Origin: Tubulanus polymorphus
Lineage: Eukaryota > Animalia > Nemertea
Reading direction: 5' to 3'
NCBI RefSeq assembly: GCF_964204645.1
Contig: NC_134030.1
Location: 6,366,778 to 6,430,777 of the forward strand
Length of the DNA: 64,000 bases
Shown here: positions 41,401 to 56,541 of the stretch, one piece after another
How the letters are laid out: each line of letters opens with the position of its first letter
Numbering within the stretch: position 1 is the first letter of the stretch
Notes under the pieces: model-generated
The model's input: only the letters and a program-made list of their open reading frames with translations
Databases searched by the model: none
What the model was told of the DNA's origin: nothing
Made by a program: the position numbers and the translations under genes

Positions 41401-44400
41401 ATTGTTTTGAAACCTTGTTTGTCTCGGGAATTAGACAGCCTACGGCCTTTTGAATTCTACGTCAGACGCTACGTATTAAAAGCTTTCTGGGGTTAATTTC
41501 TTACTGCCTTTTCAAATGGTAATTGATAATCTTTCATACTGAAAGTCATGAGTTATTTTTGGGATATCACCAGGAAAATGATCGGTTACTTCTTCCGAAT
41601 GAAATACAACGCCAATGAACCGTGGTTGCAACACCCGGTGGCAACGCAATTCTACGAGTAAGGTTCCAAACTCTCCAGAATGGAGATGAGGGTTAACTTC
41701 CATAATTATCGGTTAGAGCTCGACCCCAGAGTTGTATTTACTGTTGACGATTTAATTTAAGACTCAAACTAGCTTCACACTATCTTGATTCGATTAACGC
41801 AAATGTCTGGCAACTCAAACTGTGCAATTGGCTCCAGTTTGCCAAAACAAATCAGCATCAAGTGTCCAGTGCGCCAGATTCAAAAGAAAATCAGAAGTTG
41901 GTCATTACCATTTGATCATAACTTTGTATTCTGGAACTGGACCCTGTGGATTATAGAGGCACATATTAGCATTCCAACGGCATATAACACGACAAGACAA
42001 ACGAACACGTCCGTAAGAAGCGCGTCATCGCAGAGGATATATGCAAACTAGTCTCAATCAACACCAAGGCATTTATTCTGTTTGAGCTGTAGAAATTGAA
42101 GGTCATCTTAATTTGAGACATTACTTTGAATAATAGATGGCAAATTGAAGAAGGCAGGACTCGTCTGGCTACGACGACTAGTGTGTGATATAGCGATATA
42201 TGATGGCTGAAGCTCAGCGTATATTTTCTAAGTACGACAGAACTAAATTCAACTGATAAGTCTTAGAGATAAAAGCATTGGGAAAGAAGAGATAATTACA
42301 GATAATTACAGAAATCAGATACAAGAAATCAGAGTGAAAAGCCCCACTCATCAAGATTGAATTTGCATTGGCAAATTTCTTTCCAGTAATTACCACTTTG
42401 GATTGCACGTTAAACTAACACTACGGGGCCAGTTTCGAGGAAAAGTTCTAAATTGTTTTGAATTTCTATACCAAATCGGTTTAGGACTTGAAACGTATTT
42501 GTGAGACGGAAGAACTGATTCATTTGACGGAAACGAACTAAACTATACGTATGAACGATAACGGTCAATGTAGGCTATGTAAGTGTGTCTGGTGAAAGAT
42601 CCCATCGTCGCACGATGTTATCACCTAATTACTCGCGAGGGACCGTCTGATACATACACGTTCAGACTCCGAATGCTGCCAATCGTCGCGTTAAAAATAC
42701 GCTCTATCTAACGGTTTTACCAGTACTTTCTACTTATTGTTTTTCTTAATAGTTGCTGTCATGTACTGAACCTGAATGCCTTCTTTCACGGAGCAATTCT
42801 TTCTTTTGCCAAGTACCTTGTCGTTCGCAATCACGTCGAAAGAATTACAGTTCAACATTCTTTTGCCGGTTCAAATTTCCCCAGTCATCACCCTGACGGC
42901 TTGTGACATTAATGCCACTTAAGCCGTTCGATGGTGCAGTCTCACGACTACGCGGCACCACGCTATGTCGCAAATGGTACGAGCTTACAGTAGGTAGACA
43001 TTAGCTTAACAACTTGTAATTTGTGTAGTTTCGAAGCGTAAAGATGTACACATTACCTACTACTAACGCGTGGTAATAAGCACGCGTGCAGTGGTCGTAT
43101 CCGAGCATACCTGATGAGGGTAGTTTCGCTTTATTGCGCGCGGCTAAAGAATTTGTATGACCCGGTGAATAGGTGCTTCACATTTTCTCCGTTATTTTTC
43201 TTCGCACAAACAACGTCAATAGATAACACCGACTTGTACACTTTTTTTCTCGAATTTCATTTTGCGTTAAGCCCAATTTTAGATAAAAGCTATATTGAAA
43301 AGCTTCAGATAATCAGCATGAAATATAGACCCATGCGAGAACTAAAGAGAGCCGTGAATGCGTTGATAAAACCAGTTATACTATCCGCGATGGTAATCAT
43401 AAACCTCGTTATTCAATGTCATATTATAGACACAGTTTGTTGATTACTGTTAATTTTTGCTGATGTAATTTGACTATCGATGCATATGCGACAAAAGGCT
43501 GCGTCGTCGCGTATGAATCGGTTATTAAATTTCACGTTTCAGTCGGCTTGATATGCAAACTAGGCGCGTAAAATTTCGGCAAATTTCGATTCACAAAAGA
43601 AGGCAGGTCCCTCACAATTAAATGACTAACTCTTATTAAGCACGTTAAAATTTCTGCTTCTCCTGGTTTCCCGAACGTGACTTGTGATTTCATTGCCATT
43701 CATTTTCGATCTAGTCAAAGTATATACAGAACTGTATAAGCCAGGGTTTATCGCCAACAAGTTATCGTTGAACCTCAATAGTTACGAAGGCATGGATGCC
43801 TGGGTTAGAATCCTAATAATGGCGGAGGTTTTCCCCATAATCTCTACCAACTAGCAATCATCGAAAATGTGCTGATAATGCCTTGTTATAATGCCTATCT
43901 TTTATGTAATTTACGGCGTAAGACTTAGTTGAATTTCATCGAAAATTCCGCATTTTAATAAGAAACTGAGTATTTGCCTGGTGGCTATTCTAATTTTTGC
44001 TCATCCATTATGATCTCGAGCGAATATGTCACCGACGACGTCGAGGTCTAAAGAGTTGCTGGTGGGTAAACCTCGTGGAAACTGACGCGCCCGTGTTTTC
44101 TTTGTGCCAAAGCTACAACCACCGATCTAAATTGAAAATAGAATTTAATTATTATCTGTTCTTGCCAGATGAAAAGATTTCTCCTCAGTGATGTTCGGTC
44201 GCATAAGACGTAGCAAACAGGTTTATTAGCTTAGGTAAAATGAGCCCAGTCTGTCTTTGAAGATTTTCTTCTTATTGTGGCAATTGCAGCATTCTTACCG
44301 AGCGATTACGAATTGTAGGCCGAAAAACATAGAACATGTTCAATTAGAATATTAGTTCTAAGGAGTAATCAGGACGCTAATCGACTTCAAAAGATCTATC

Positions 44401-47400
44401 GGAAACTTTCTTAATGAATCCCATGATCTTCTCGATGTCATCCATTTTGTGACATAGTATAGAATAGAGGCTGATTGGCTGCTCATTTTATGGGAGCAAT
44501 AACAAAACAAAAAAAATTTAAAATCCCTAATGCACAGATTCAGTTTTCAGTACTTTCGAATCTATTTCGAAGTATCAAATTCTTTGTGAAGATTTAAGAA
44601 GAAAACTATATCATCATTCAGATCAAAGAAGTAATACTGAATGAACTTAATTCCATTCAGGCAAACCGTTCATTGGGATGTTAAGAAACAAATACAATAT
44701 ATTTCGAAGAACGACTTTTTTCTCCAGGACTGTGGGTTTATCTTGTTTCATATTTTCCAGATGTAAAAAACTTGCAACTAGCTTCTGATAAAGCTCATCC
44801 AGGGGTTATCTGCAGAACCGACTATACTCAAGTTTCACGCCTTTCTATTGCAAGAATAGAGAATATTTAACTTACACAGAATAACGTCATTACGAATGTT
44901 CTTTCGTGTTGTCGCGTTATTTTCGTTATGTCTACTTTTGTCGCCCTTATCTACGTATCTCTGATTTTTTCCCGTCTGGCCCAAATCAGCCACCATACGA
45001 ATCTGAGATTCAAATTGTTTGCGAACGTTCATCGCAGCATTAGTTCGTTCACCAGCCACACATTCGTGTTCCCAGACGCAGACCTAGACGGCTACTGTGG
45101 TCTCGTCCATAAATGTAATTATCGGTAACGACTACCAAGGAACAACAAGAAGCCTTCAACAAACACTTCAAAAGGAGCATTTGCGATTTACTGTAAGTAG
45201 TGTACGTACAGAGTGCCAGGTAGAGTATGGAAAGGTGCGATGTAGTGGCGAGAGGAGCTGGAATCGGCAGAAACATCATTTTCATATTCTTGAAGCCTGA
45301 CATATTGTATTCACAATTCTCCGAATCTTTGTTATGCACTTTCTGCAAGACGTGGACAAACGGCCATTATTTCCCGGTTCTTGAATTATTTACCAATGGC
45401 TTTCTATCTATTGGAGGGTCTTCTATTTGGATAGTTGTAAAAGTATAGAAATTAGTTCAGAACTTTTGTCTAATAATTTAACATATTATTAAGTGCCTCA
45501 GGAGTTGTGGTGGGATGCTACGCATGGCGTTATGAATTGCGAATCAAGGGAAGCGACAGGCTAGATTCACTAGAAAACTACGGTATGAATTATTTATTCG
45601 CCCCACTGGCTGAATGCCTACGTTTCCGTTTAATCTCATAATGCATTTGAGTAACGCCGCTTTTCAGGGGTAAACTATATAATGCGCTGAAAAAGAATCG
45701 CTTTTATTATAAGCACAAAATGAGCTTTGGATAATCTGTTGATAGCCCGAGATTACATCGGATAACCAAAACATTTAGTCTAGCGCAGGACGATGTAGAG
45801 ATAGGATGATCATCGGGTTTTAGTATCACTGTATCGTAGGGATACCTACGAAGCGTTCGAAATGATTTGCTTTAGCAGGTGATCGAATGTATGTTTATGT
45901 TGACGTGAGGTGTGAGATAGAAGATTATTGAATATAGAAATAGTTATTATAAGTATTACATTTCATGTTCCCATGTCGTAAAGCTGCTTTGTAATGAGCT
46001 CCAACGAAAAAATCAAAATTAATCAAAATTAATTACAATTCTAAGTAAGAGTACAATAATCTCTTCGGAATGCATTCAGCAATATCAAACACGTGAATTC
46101 AATGTAATATTGTAACAGATTTCAATACTGCGCAATATCTGATTAGATGTCATAAGATCTTTTGCTATCGAGTTTAGCTTTTATATCGCACTCTAATCAG
46201 AACATCGTGCATTATATATGCAAACTGTTACATATCGAGTTTCTTCACGGGTATCAACTAAATCATTCGAATAAACTTTCGTCTTAATTTCCAATCATTT
46301 CATTTGAAAATTACGATTACGATCTTGAGATCATGGATACGTATTTGGCACCATGCGTGTGCTCAAGCATTCTAAATAGCATCGGAAGGTACTTCAGAAG
46401 GTTTGTGGCCTGCCGACAGTAAGCCAATGTTACATCAATCAAGAAGGATCCTCTTTTTTAGATATTGGTCATTTATCTCGACGAAGGCAATAAGAACGAA
46501 GCTTTTTAATGTAAAGCAGTAGCTGGATTATCCAATAACTAGGACTGCATTAGTCGATACACCGCAAAATGAAGCAAATGGCAGAAATCTATATTTCTCA
46601 ATACGCAACTTGAAGTTAAATTGGTTACGAGGTCGAGAATAAACCAGACATCTCGAATCGAACATTAGATGCATCTCTGCATGTCTTGTCGCTTAAAGCA
46701 AATCCCGTTCGAAAATTGATATTCGCTCCAAATCACCGACGAAGACATTAAAATCATGTTCTCAGGATTTTTCTGACAATCGTGCATCGGTTTTCTTGCG
46801 AAGCGAAAAAATCAACTGTTAAAACGAAATTTCATCTTAGGATTTCACATAAGATATTTACGTCTCAATAAAATGTTGAATTTTCGAGCGCATACTACAT
46901 CGATTATCAACTAGGAGTGTTCCAGGGAGTGTTTGCTAGTTCAACAAGTGACTTAACCACGCACAGCAGGCGCCAGATTTTTGTTGTTCGAAGTATAATT
47001 TGAAACTGCCGGGTCATTTGATCGATGGTCGATGTGGTTATCAAATACCTCCAGCTAGCGCCTGACCACTGCACCGACACCACACAATCAGGCTCTACTA
47101 CTAGCCATCAGTTAGAACTTACGAATGTTTGTTCAGGTAAATGTTGACGTTCGGTGATGTCATGGATTGAGGTTTGTGGATTTTAAATGTCGATAGCCAC
47201 TACGGGTGTTGATGAATTTACATCACCTGCCTAGATTATTAGGTATACACAGTCGACGCCGAGTGCTAAACTTATTGATAATCAGCAGGGCCATATTTCA
47301 AAAATTCAATAATTTCGAGGCTCACCAACCACTTATTCGCAGCTGACGTGTAATTGAGATGTGGACGCATCTATTCGACATTTCTAGACTACACGGACAA

Positions 47401-50400
47401 TTTTAGTTCATTAAACAAGTGCAAAATAGTGATGTGGAATTGAAGCTTACTTCCCTCGGATGCCTCTATGCGACTGAATCTCTTTTCATAACTCCATTGG
47501 TGAAGGAAATCAATTTGCAGAGCGGCCAATGGAATGAACAAACTAATGCCGAATCAATAGACATTAGAACTTAAATATCTGCATTTCGGGTAGATTTCAA
47601 TAAATGTAGTTCGGTTAAAAATGGAACTGCGATGTACCTCATAACGGTGTGACGGATCGGGCTCTCTGTTAACAGCACTCTGCTCAGCAACATCAAACGA
47701 TATTTACTTAAAAGACTATTTCGTCAATATGTCTCCCGTAGAAAGGAAATAGGTGGTTTTATTGAAGGTAGATGAAACGTTTGTATTTCGTGAAGAGCGA
47801 TATTTTTGAAAGTCCGTGCAGCGTTGCTGGCCGCCGTCAAAACATTAAGCAATGGAATTGCCATCTTTCAATCCGTTATGCAAGCTTAATTTTCGGTAGT
47901 TTATATTCTCCTAACTCAAATTTTCAGACGATACGAGATTAGAATTACAAATCGTGGTCGTGTTACACAATGCCATACGGAGTCTTGCGGAATGGCGTGA
48001 CGTATATTGATAATACTAATATTACAGTGCAGAGATATTCCAATAAAATCTGAACATTCCAGTATACGGACGTGTGAATTGAGGGTAAATAGTATTTCTC
48101 TTAAACGCACATGACGCCGTTGAAAATTCATCGATTGAAATGTCAACAGTGAAATTGCAGCCAAGTCAGAATCTAATTCAACAGAAATGAACGAGTTTTT
48201 GGCGTATCGTACATTCATCTTTAGCGTGCAAGATTTGTAAAGTGTAAAATCATTTACGGATAAAAAATGATACCTCTCTGCAACGACCGGGTCATTTTGT
48301 AAATTGCAATTTGTAATCAGTTCATTTCTAAAGCTGTCGGGTGTGTTATTGTATTGTTAGCCTGATCATGATAGTCACGCAATCTATTAGAGTTGTACCT
48401 TCGAATTTTCATCCTTAGATTATTCAGACTGTAGATACGTTATTTTTTCCAATTTAAACATGGATTTTTGAGTTATATTTCTATATTCTAATTTTTTCTC
48501 TACTAGTCTGTACCTTTTGTACGAAATATGAAGAATATTGTTATCATCGTCGAGTAGATATGTAGTAGATATGTAGTGCAGCTTAGATGCATTTGTTCGC
48601 CTTTACAGTCGTTCGAAAGTATATTTGAACCAACTTAAACCAAAGGCGTCGAACAATGACATAAGCGTTAAAGTGCACGCGAATTCTCTTTTTAAAAAAA
48701 CCCTATGATTACCGATGACATCAGGATATAAAATTATTACACGAAAATATACTTCAATCATAAAACCGATATACCACTAACAAAGGAATCACTGCATGTT
48801 ACATGCTCCATATGGAAATAATGACATTCGACCCGGCGTTCAAATCACTTCTCTATCGGTTTCCAACATCACTGACAGCCAAAGCTGTTGTGGCTGCAAA
48901 ATCGGTGACAATACTAATGCTCCGACAAAGAAAATGATCCATACTACAAGCACTTCTTTTAAAGACGCGTCGATCCACTATAACTCGTTAAAGAGGATGA
49001 AAGTTAGAATAGTAAAATCTACTTAAAATACTAGTCATCGGTCACTACATCACAGTATGACTGGAAGCTATTAATCTAGTATTTAGTGTTAATAAGTAAA
49101 AATCCTGAGTTGATATTGAAGCGTTTATTGTCTGACCGTTTAGGAGATTATATCTAAACTCCATCAGAGAAACCAAAACGATGTAATAAGATATAATATG
49201 AAATATAGAATGATCATTTTGATTTCTCTTTTGATTTTTCTGATAAACTCCAAAATTCTCAGACATTAAACACTGGGTTTTTACATGTTAACTAATACAC
49301 CACAGTCTTTATGCGCTGTAGCCGACAAACTGCTTCAAACTATGTTTTGTTTCATTTGACCACCGATGACGGATATTTGATGAATGGGACAGTTATTTGA
49401 TTTGTGAAAGGGGAAAGAGACAATTTCACTCGATTTACCTCATATAAGCGCGATGCCAGGGAAATAGAGTCTCTGTTGATTTGAACTGCGCGTAGTACTG
49501 ATTTTATGAATGCGCCTGAGACAACTGTGGGCCTGTGGGGACGAGTGGTGTTTCATTCAAACCGTAAATGAAATTGTCCTCGCCCTAAGCTCGGTCCAAA
49601 TCGAGTCCAACAAATCGATTGTAGTGAAGGTTCTATTCCGGTATATTAGAAACGAATGGTTCAATGCGGAGGCATTCGAGTGGTGAACTCATCGACTTAT
49701 CATGAACTATCACAAAAAAAGATCCTAGTCACGTTTGAAATGCTCGATAAATCTTGAATAATACGTTTGTTCTGGTTATACAAAAACAAAGTAATTTTTC
49801 ACGTAAGCCTACGATGCTGATCCAGAAAAATCAAATCATAACAAAATAAGCCCTACAGTTTAGTGCCGTGGTTTTTTTCGAAAAGGCATCTACCAAATAT
49901 TCATGTGTACGTAATATATGTCTTTATCAATTTCACCAATTGCTACAATGCTCATGATAGTTAACATCATGATTATGAGTTTGTCATTAAAACTTTGAAA
50001 AAAAGGTAAGTACCGTCGCATTGCTTTTCGTAGCTCTAAACAATAGGAAAATATAAAATTCCCAGAAAGCGGAAAATAAGGTCTAAATGGTTGAGATGAA
50101 AATAGCAAAATGATATAGAATAAAAACACGTTACGCGTTATTATTTTAATTTCAGTAATAGAATGGGTCTTATTCTGTCTGCTGAACATGTGCGTAGATC
50201 GACTAGGGCGCATTAAAACAATATTCATGGACGACGAACAACAGTATTTTACTATTAATAGATTTAACCTTCCATGTGTAAAACATAAACGCTTACGATA
50301 GTTTTACCGATAATATTACGCGTAAGATTTTTTTTACGACGTTATTTAAACTTGCAAAATTCTTTTCATTGGAGCTTTATATCTAAATATTCTAGAAACA

Positions 50401-50900
50401 ATTAGAAACCACAGTCAGACTTCATCAGCCGATTTCCGCGAGTTATGACGAATTGTTTCTAAATCTAAATTACCGGTTTCGAATAACTTACATGTAATTT
50501 GTTTAAGTCGACTTTGGATAGGTGAAACATATCTTCCCCTTGCCTTTGTTGATTTCTGTATGCGCTATTGAGTTAACTAGCGAAGATGCTTCAACAACCA
50601 CCACTAAATATACTGACCAGCAGTAACGTAACAGTAAGAGTATCCGCATTTGCTGAGTAAACTATGTACGCCTTACGATGAAGTCGATTAAACCGAAGAA
50701 GCCGGCTAATCTATCAAGAAAGCTAATGTTAACCAACTAAGATCATCTCTCCCTGATTTATTTACCTCGATACGCGAGCGACAACAGTGTTTTTGTGATC
50801 GCTGCCCCAACTTTGACGGTATTAGAATTGATGGAGTATTTTCTTGATCATCAGCTCATATATTATTCTCGTAAATATCTTATATACGTAAACAGCTTAC

Positions 50901-51153
50901 CCGAAACTAGATAAAATCCTTCCGGCCATCGACGCCGTCCACATCATCTAACAATCATAAATAATCCGGTTAAATGTATATACATAGAAAAGTTTTGAGC
51001 AGAAGATGAAAAAAGTTTCGTGTGGTGTTTAGAGAGACTGTATGAGTCCGCTCTGTCGCGCTGATGTCGATCTCACAGAGCGCTCGCGAGTTACCAATGA
51101 TATATTTCTGCCGCCACTGCCGCCGCAAATGCGATTCGTCGCTAGAGAACTGA
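50901..51153 (-). other. Probable first exon of a minus-strand gene (5'UTR, possibly with a short coding start)
   Basis: It is a GC/CpG-rich patch with an Inr-like TCAGTT at 51153-51148 and a donor CGG|GTAAGC at 50901/50900. An ATG at 50947 gives MMWTASMAGRILSSF(G), open up to the donor. Confidence 0.45.
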
Positions 51154-51430
51154 GCCACCTGCGCGGCCAATCTTTTTCCTGCGCCTCACTACCGTTGCTG
51201 CTACTGCTGCTGCTGCTACTGCTGTTGCTGCTGCAGCTGCTGCTGCTGCTACACCACAACTTGCTAATGATGATGATTGTCTTGCCACGGCCGAATAGTA
51301 GCCACTCGCTTTCTCTCACACACATACACTCATTTTGTTCTTTCTCTGTCTCACCCTTCCCACTCTCTTCCCCACTTTCGGTCGCTGTTTCCCTCTTTCT
51401 CACGATCACATTCTCTTCAGTCTCTTGTCC
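51154..51430 (-). promoter_or_regulatory. Probable promoter region
   Basis: A CCAAT box (GGCCAATC, 51165-51172), a CAG repeat and a GA/CT-rich tract (about 51305-51425) lie just upstream of the candidate exon. Confidence 0.4.
51196..51250. repeat. Imperfect (CTG/CAG)n trinucleotide repeat, about 18 units
   Basis: Seen directly. It generates the poly-L and poly-S ORFs in the track. Confidence 0.9.
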
Positions 51431-53832
51431 CGTCATACACTCCACTAATTCAATTATGTTGCGCAAATATGTTACATGCAAAATCGTAGTTTTAATTCGA
51501 TTATCTACTTTTCAGATTCTTAATCAGATTAGTCGTTGATTTAGCTAGATTCTGATTATTTCTACCGATACTTGATAACCGGGTGAACTATCAAAGATTC
51601 GAGTTAAAAAGCCCAACTTTAAACTGTTTTTTTTGAATTGTCTGTATAGAACAAGAATATGGTTTTTAAGTCTTAGTTTTGACTCTGCAACTGGCCACTG
51701 AATTCCAATGCAACTGGTAGCACTCGGACTCGCAATTCAGTGATTTTGAAATCTTCCGTGATGAGGCAAACATTATTTGTTCTTCGGCGCATAGATGAGA
51801 AATATTTTAGTATCATTATCTATGATAACATTTCATTGTCGTCTAGCGTATGAGATATGATATGAAATATGGATGTAGTAGTGGATGCATCTGTCCGGTT
51901 GGCAGGCAGGTGAATAAATTTTACCTTAAAATCTCAACCAACAGACGGAAGATATCTATCTCTAAAAGACATAAAACACGAGTATATAGATTTCATATCG
52001 GAACATAGAAAAGTATCATGCGAGATCCACATCTCGGAGGCTCGACTTGCGGATATTTTCCTGTACGTATCGGGTTTACCTTTTTCTAATTCGAAAATCG
52101 ATAGCTATTTTTTTAGTTCGTTTATATGGATGGCCCCCAGGACGACAGTGTTTCTTACTCATGAATGTATTCAGGGTTAAACAAGAAAAGGGATTTTGAT
52201 TTTCACAAGAGCTATGTCTCGTCAGGAAAAAAATGATTTTACTAAGATAAATCGAGTCTTTGACGAGTGAGATCACACCAAAAATTCATAAATTTCTTTG
52301 AAATTCATATATTATTTTTCTTTTCACGTTCCCGGGACGCTTTCGTAATACAGTTAGATGAACGCGACATTAAAAATAGGGTGTTTGAATACGGTTCAAC
52401 AATTCATTGCGTATGCTGCGTATCAATTCAAATTATTCATTTAAATAAACATAAGCATTCATTTCTATAAGCAATAAGTATCATCGATGGAAGTTAGAGT
52501 TATAGGATGCATTGAGACTCCGATGCAGCTGTTTAACCCTTGAAAACACCGCGTTTCGAATAATCTCACGACCTTACCATCTGTAGCAGTATTGATACGA
52601 ATGTCATTGTATTTGCGTTACTGTGACCGGGACGCTTGTTCTCCAGTTTGAAACCTGTTACCCATTAGCTATACCCACAAAATAGGTAAATGTCGTCATT
52701 GAAAATATCGCCACAGAAATGGGCGTTTTCTGATTAATTCTATAGACGCACATAAAGGTCTATATGTATTTATACATATATGTATATACCAAATCATTTG
52801 CGTCAAGAATACTTTATGTGTATGATCATGTTCATTTCCGATTGTGTCAAATTAGCCCATTTACATTGTAAAGCAAATATAACATTTAAAACTTATTTAG
52901 AGTGGGTTTCGATATGAAATATACGAATAAAGATATATACAAAATGACTACTTAATAAGAATAACATGAAAAAGTCACGATTACGTAACCTCGTCACATG
53001 TATCGGTAATTTAGAACTGACTTACAGCAGTAAGGCATCCACTCGAAACAGTACGCGCATACTTGACAAAACATTGACACGATGCTTGTCATACGTATCA
53101 TAAATTTATTGAAATCGATGCCATTTAAAAATCTTTACATTTTGCGCGTTATGTTAACAATACATTCACACATATCTCTTCCTATTTACACTCGGTATAT
53201 TATCAATATCATCTAGCGACAATTAACTATGAAAGTTTTCTCCAAGTATGCGCACGAGTGTGAGCGCACACCACTAGATGAATGTTTTGTCTGGACGGGA
53301 TCGGGTGCTGTTGATAAGTTCAGATAATTTTCAGGGGATAGTTAAATGTATTTACGTCGTCTGTATTCGGTTAGTGGCTATCGGGCCAGTGAGAGCGTCG
53401 AGCGAAATAGAGATTAGGTCCCGAGATTCAATTAGTATTAAAGCAATAAATCCTTTAGTCGACTTTGCCTGGGGAGGGATGGGACAGCAGCCGATATTGC
53501 AAGTATGTGCATGCAAGCAAACATGTACATTGACCGCACGGAATATATGACAAAACAATCGTTTGATTGAAAACCGCAATAAAAACAACTGCCCCACTAA
53601 TGGCACCCTCTGCATCACGACGACCGAAACGAAAGAAAATCCGACGCAACCATCGATTAAACCGGGCAATGAAATCAAATTATGTTAGCCATCAGATGAA
53701 TGTTTAATCTGTAACTAGGATATGTAAGAAGTCCAAGGCTCATTAAATAGGGGCATGACATTGGCGAGGAATATTTGCTTTGGGATTTGTGAAGGTTTTC
53801 TGTTCCTCTATTCTTTTTCTTTAAAGAGAGGT

Positions 53833-53886
53833 TTGTTCAACAACAACAATAACATTTAGCTCTTGTTCAACAACAACATTTAGTTC
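53833..53886. repeat. Short imperfect tandem duplication
   Basis: TTGTTCAACAACAACAATAACATTTAGCTC is followed by TTGTTCAACAACAACATTTAGTTC. Confidence 0.8.
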
Positions 53887-56541
53887 GCCTGCTAGGTCTC
53901 TGACGACATTTTACAAGGACTGATTAACTAAAAACGGCTGGAAACTCCTGAGGACGCTACAGCTACATACGATCCGTTGCATTTGTTAAAGAAAAAGATT
54001 TCTTTCAAATTAGAATATCAAGAAGATTTTCACTAGAATCGGATTGAGTCACGATGCTTTTTGAGCTTTGACTGTGTGGCGTCGAGAAGCAGTGACGCTG
54101 GCCATGCTTCGTGGTGAAAAAAAACACATTCTAGTGTGCAGAAGTCATTGCGTACATCGTATCAAACACTTAGATCAAAATGATTGAAATATATGCGTTT
54201 ATTAGGAAATTGTCGTGTGTATATATATAATAACAGCTATATATTATATCGGGGTCTACGATCTGAACGTAGAGTTCCAGCAGGTAAACCATCAGCATAA
54301 TCCAGTAAGGTAATTGACCACTTCCGGGCGACTGATTCACGGTCGAGCTGCAAACCGATTAGCTCGATATTCCTAATTATAATTCGCAGAAAACCTTGAA
54401 TATCAGATGTACCCTCGATGATTGCTGCGATGCGAGTACTAGCCATCATTTCGCCTGGATAGTACGACCGTGATAACCGCTGACCAGATACTCCTACTTA
54501 TGAATCTACAAATTATTGCCCGAGGTGCGCTTTTAACCGAATCATTTCTCGAACGCAGGAGATGCGGAACATGCAGTTCACTAGTTGTAGATCTCGAATT
54601 GAACATTTTGGTGGCAGGAGCAATTCGATGAATAATAGATTTGCCGCATTTTGAGGATGTAATTCTAGGTGTAGTGAGATAGACACATTGGTTTACGGTG
54701 ATGAAGCGATAGCCCTCGTCGATTTTCACGCCATATAAACATCTTTATATTTCACCCTCAATGAATGTCCAATCACATAAACGCAAAATTCATTTCAATT
54801 CTTCGTAATTGATCGTATCTCATATTATACATTTAAAAACCGTAGCGGGTAAAAATGTTTTATGGCGTGAAAAGCTGTGGTCGGCCGTGAATCATACCCG
54901 CTTTTATTCAGAGGAAGCGACAGAAGGAGAATCTTAATAGATGTCAAGTGAAGATATTGATATTTGTTTCAGTTGTGTGTTCAAGGACGTTTCTCCCTGG
55001 CTCTGAATAGAGCATTTTCAGCACTCACAAAAGTGGTTAGTTATATCTCGACGGACGCGAACTTTGTCCTTGCATTCAGTTTAGCTGGCGTGCCGCACTG
55101 CAACTGTTGGAGATATGAATATACAATACAATCACAGCCGCGAATCGATTGCTAATTTGATCGGTTGATGACAGGGTTAGTCCTAATCAGCTTCAAATTG
55201 GAACAAGTGAAGAGAATCCGTTCGCGAAGCTCTAAGTCCGTTTCTATTTTATGAGATGGCTTAACAACATCAGTTATGGCTAATTTACCAGGCACAAGAA
55301 GGCTGCGCAGGCACGGCAGATACAGAGAACTTATCTCTCGGTTGACAACCTATCAATTTCATTTTCATGAACAACTATTGAAAATAGATATTTTTCAGGC
55401 GTATCTTATTAAAGATAAGCTTCGACCGAAGTAGGATATTTTGTTGTTGGGAATAGGCGCGTGAAAATATCACCCGAATATAGTTCCTTCGCGTTGTTTC
55501 ACAAGTCTCGACCACTGACCAGTTGCTAATATAACTTTTACGACGAAACCAATTGAAGACTGCTATTATCAGTCTTATACAATCTCAACCATCTTTAGTA
55601 CTGAACAGAGGTATCCACTGGGGATCTTGCCACTGTAAAGGATAATAAGAAGATTTAGGTAATGGACACACTTTCAAGTCGATCTCCATTTACCAAGCCA
55701 CTGCTGAATGATCTTGATAGCAGGCAAAAGATTTTAATACCATATCTTAGATTGCAAGACTTTATCGCCATACCCTAATACTCCAGGAGCGGATGGTGCT
55801 TCCGCAGAAACCACAGCCCTATCCGATGTAAAAGCCTACCTATAAATCCATCGAGTTCATGTAACCAAATGTGTTTCGCATCTTTGCGCAAATATGAAAA
55901 CATAATCGATGGTATGTCCTAGACTCTGTTTCTAAATTATAAGATAAGAAAACGGTGGGCAACTATAAGAAGAATTGTATGAAACCTAAATTCTTCGCAA
56001 TGCAGTCGAGATAATTTTGATACCTGGCTTATTTATTCGCCCTCCTTGCTCTCTGATCTCGTGTGAGTTCTAATTGTCGTTCTACACATAAACTCGCTTG
56101 ACTTTAGTTATAAAGTGTACGTTCTTATAAAAACCGTGTAAGGCGTTTTTCCAATGAGAGGAAACATTATGTTAAGACGATTAATAGCTAAATGATTAGG
56201 CATTTTTCCGCCATCAATCACACTGCTAAGTACACAAGTTCACGCAATGACACACATATCAGATTAAAAATAATCCAATATGATAAGACCTTGATTTAGT
56301 ACAAGTCCAAGACGCTAATGAAAATCCGGAACGCATGCAGTATACATAACGTGTTCAACGGAGTATCTGATTGCCGAGAACACTAACATTTTGTAAATGG
56401 TCGAGGGACCCCAAATCTAAAACCCAAAACCCCAAGCCTTGTGGAAATTGGAATAACTCTCATTTATACACATAATGATTTGTTTTGATAATGGCACTCC
56501 GTTAGAGATACGTATTACATTCAGTCACATTCATGAAAATG

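Noticed and set aside
43094-43130. GTC-GTAT-loop-ATAC-CTGATGAG hammerhead-like half
   Set aside because: There is no suitably placed GAAA, stem II or stem III on the same strand.
43785-43835. B-box-like GGGTTAGAATCC (tRNA or SINE?)
   Set aside because: No cloverleaf or clear A-box; at best a decayed SINE fragment.
44928-45128. 66-aa ORF with a hydrophobic, signal-peptide-like N-terminus
   Set aside because: It is short, has no recognisable domain, and neighbouring exon-like segments contain stops.
51029-51539. 150-aa and 165-aa ORFs with poly-S and poly-L
   Set aside because: They arise from the CAG/CTG repeat and CT-rich low-complexity sequence, and show no recognisable domain.
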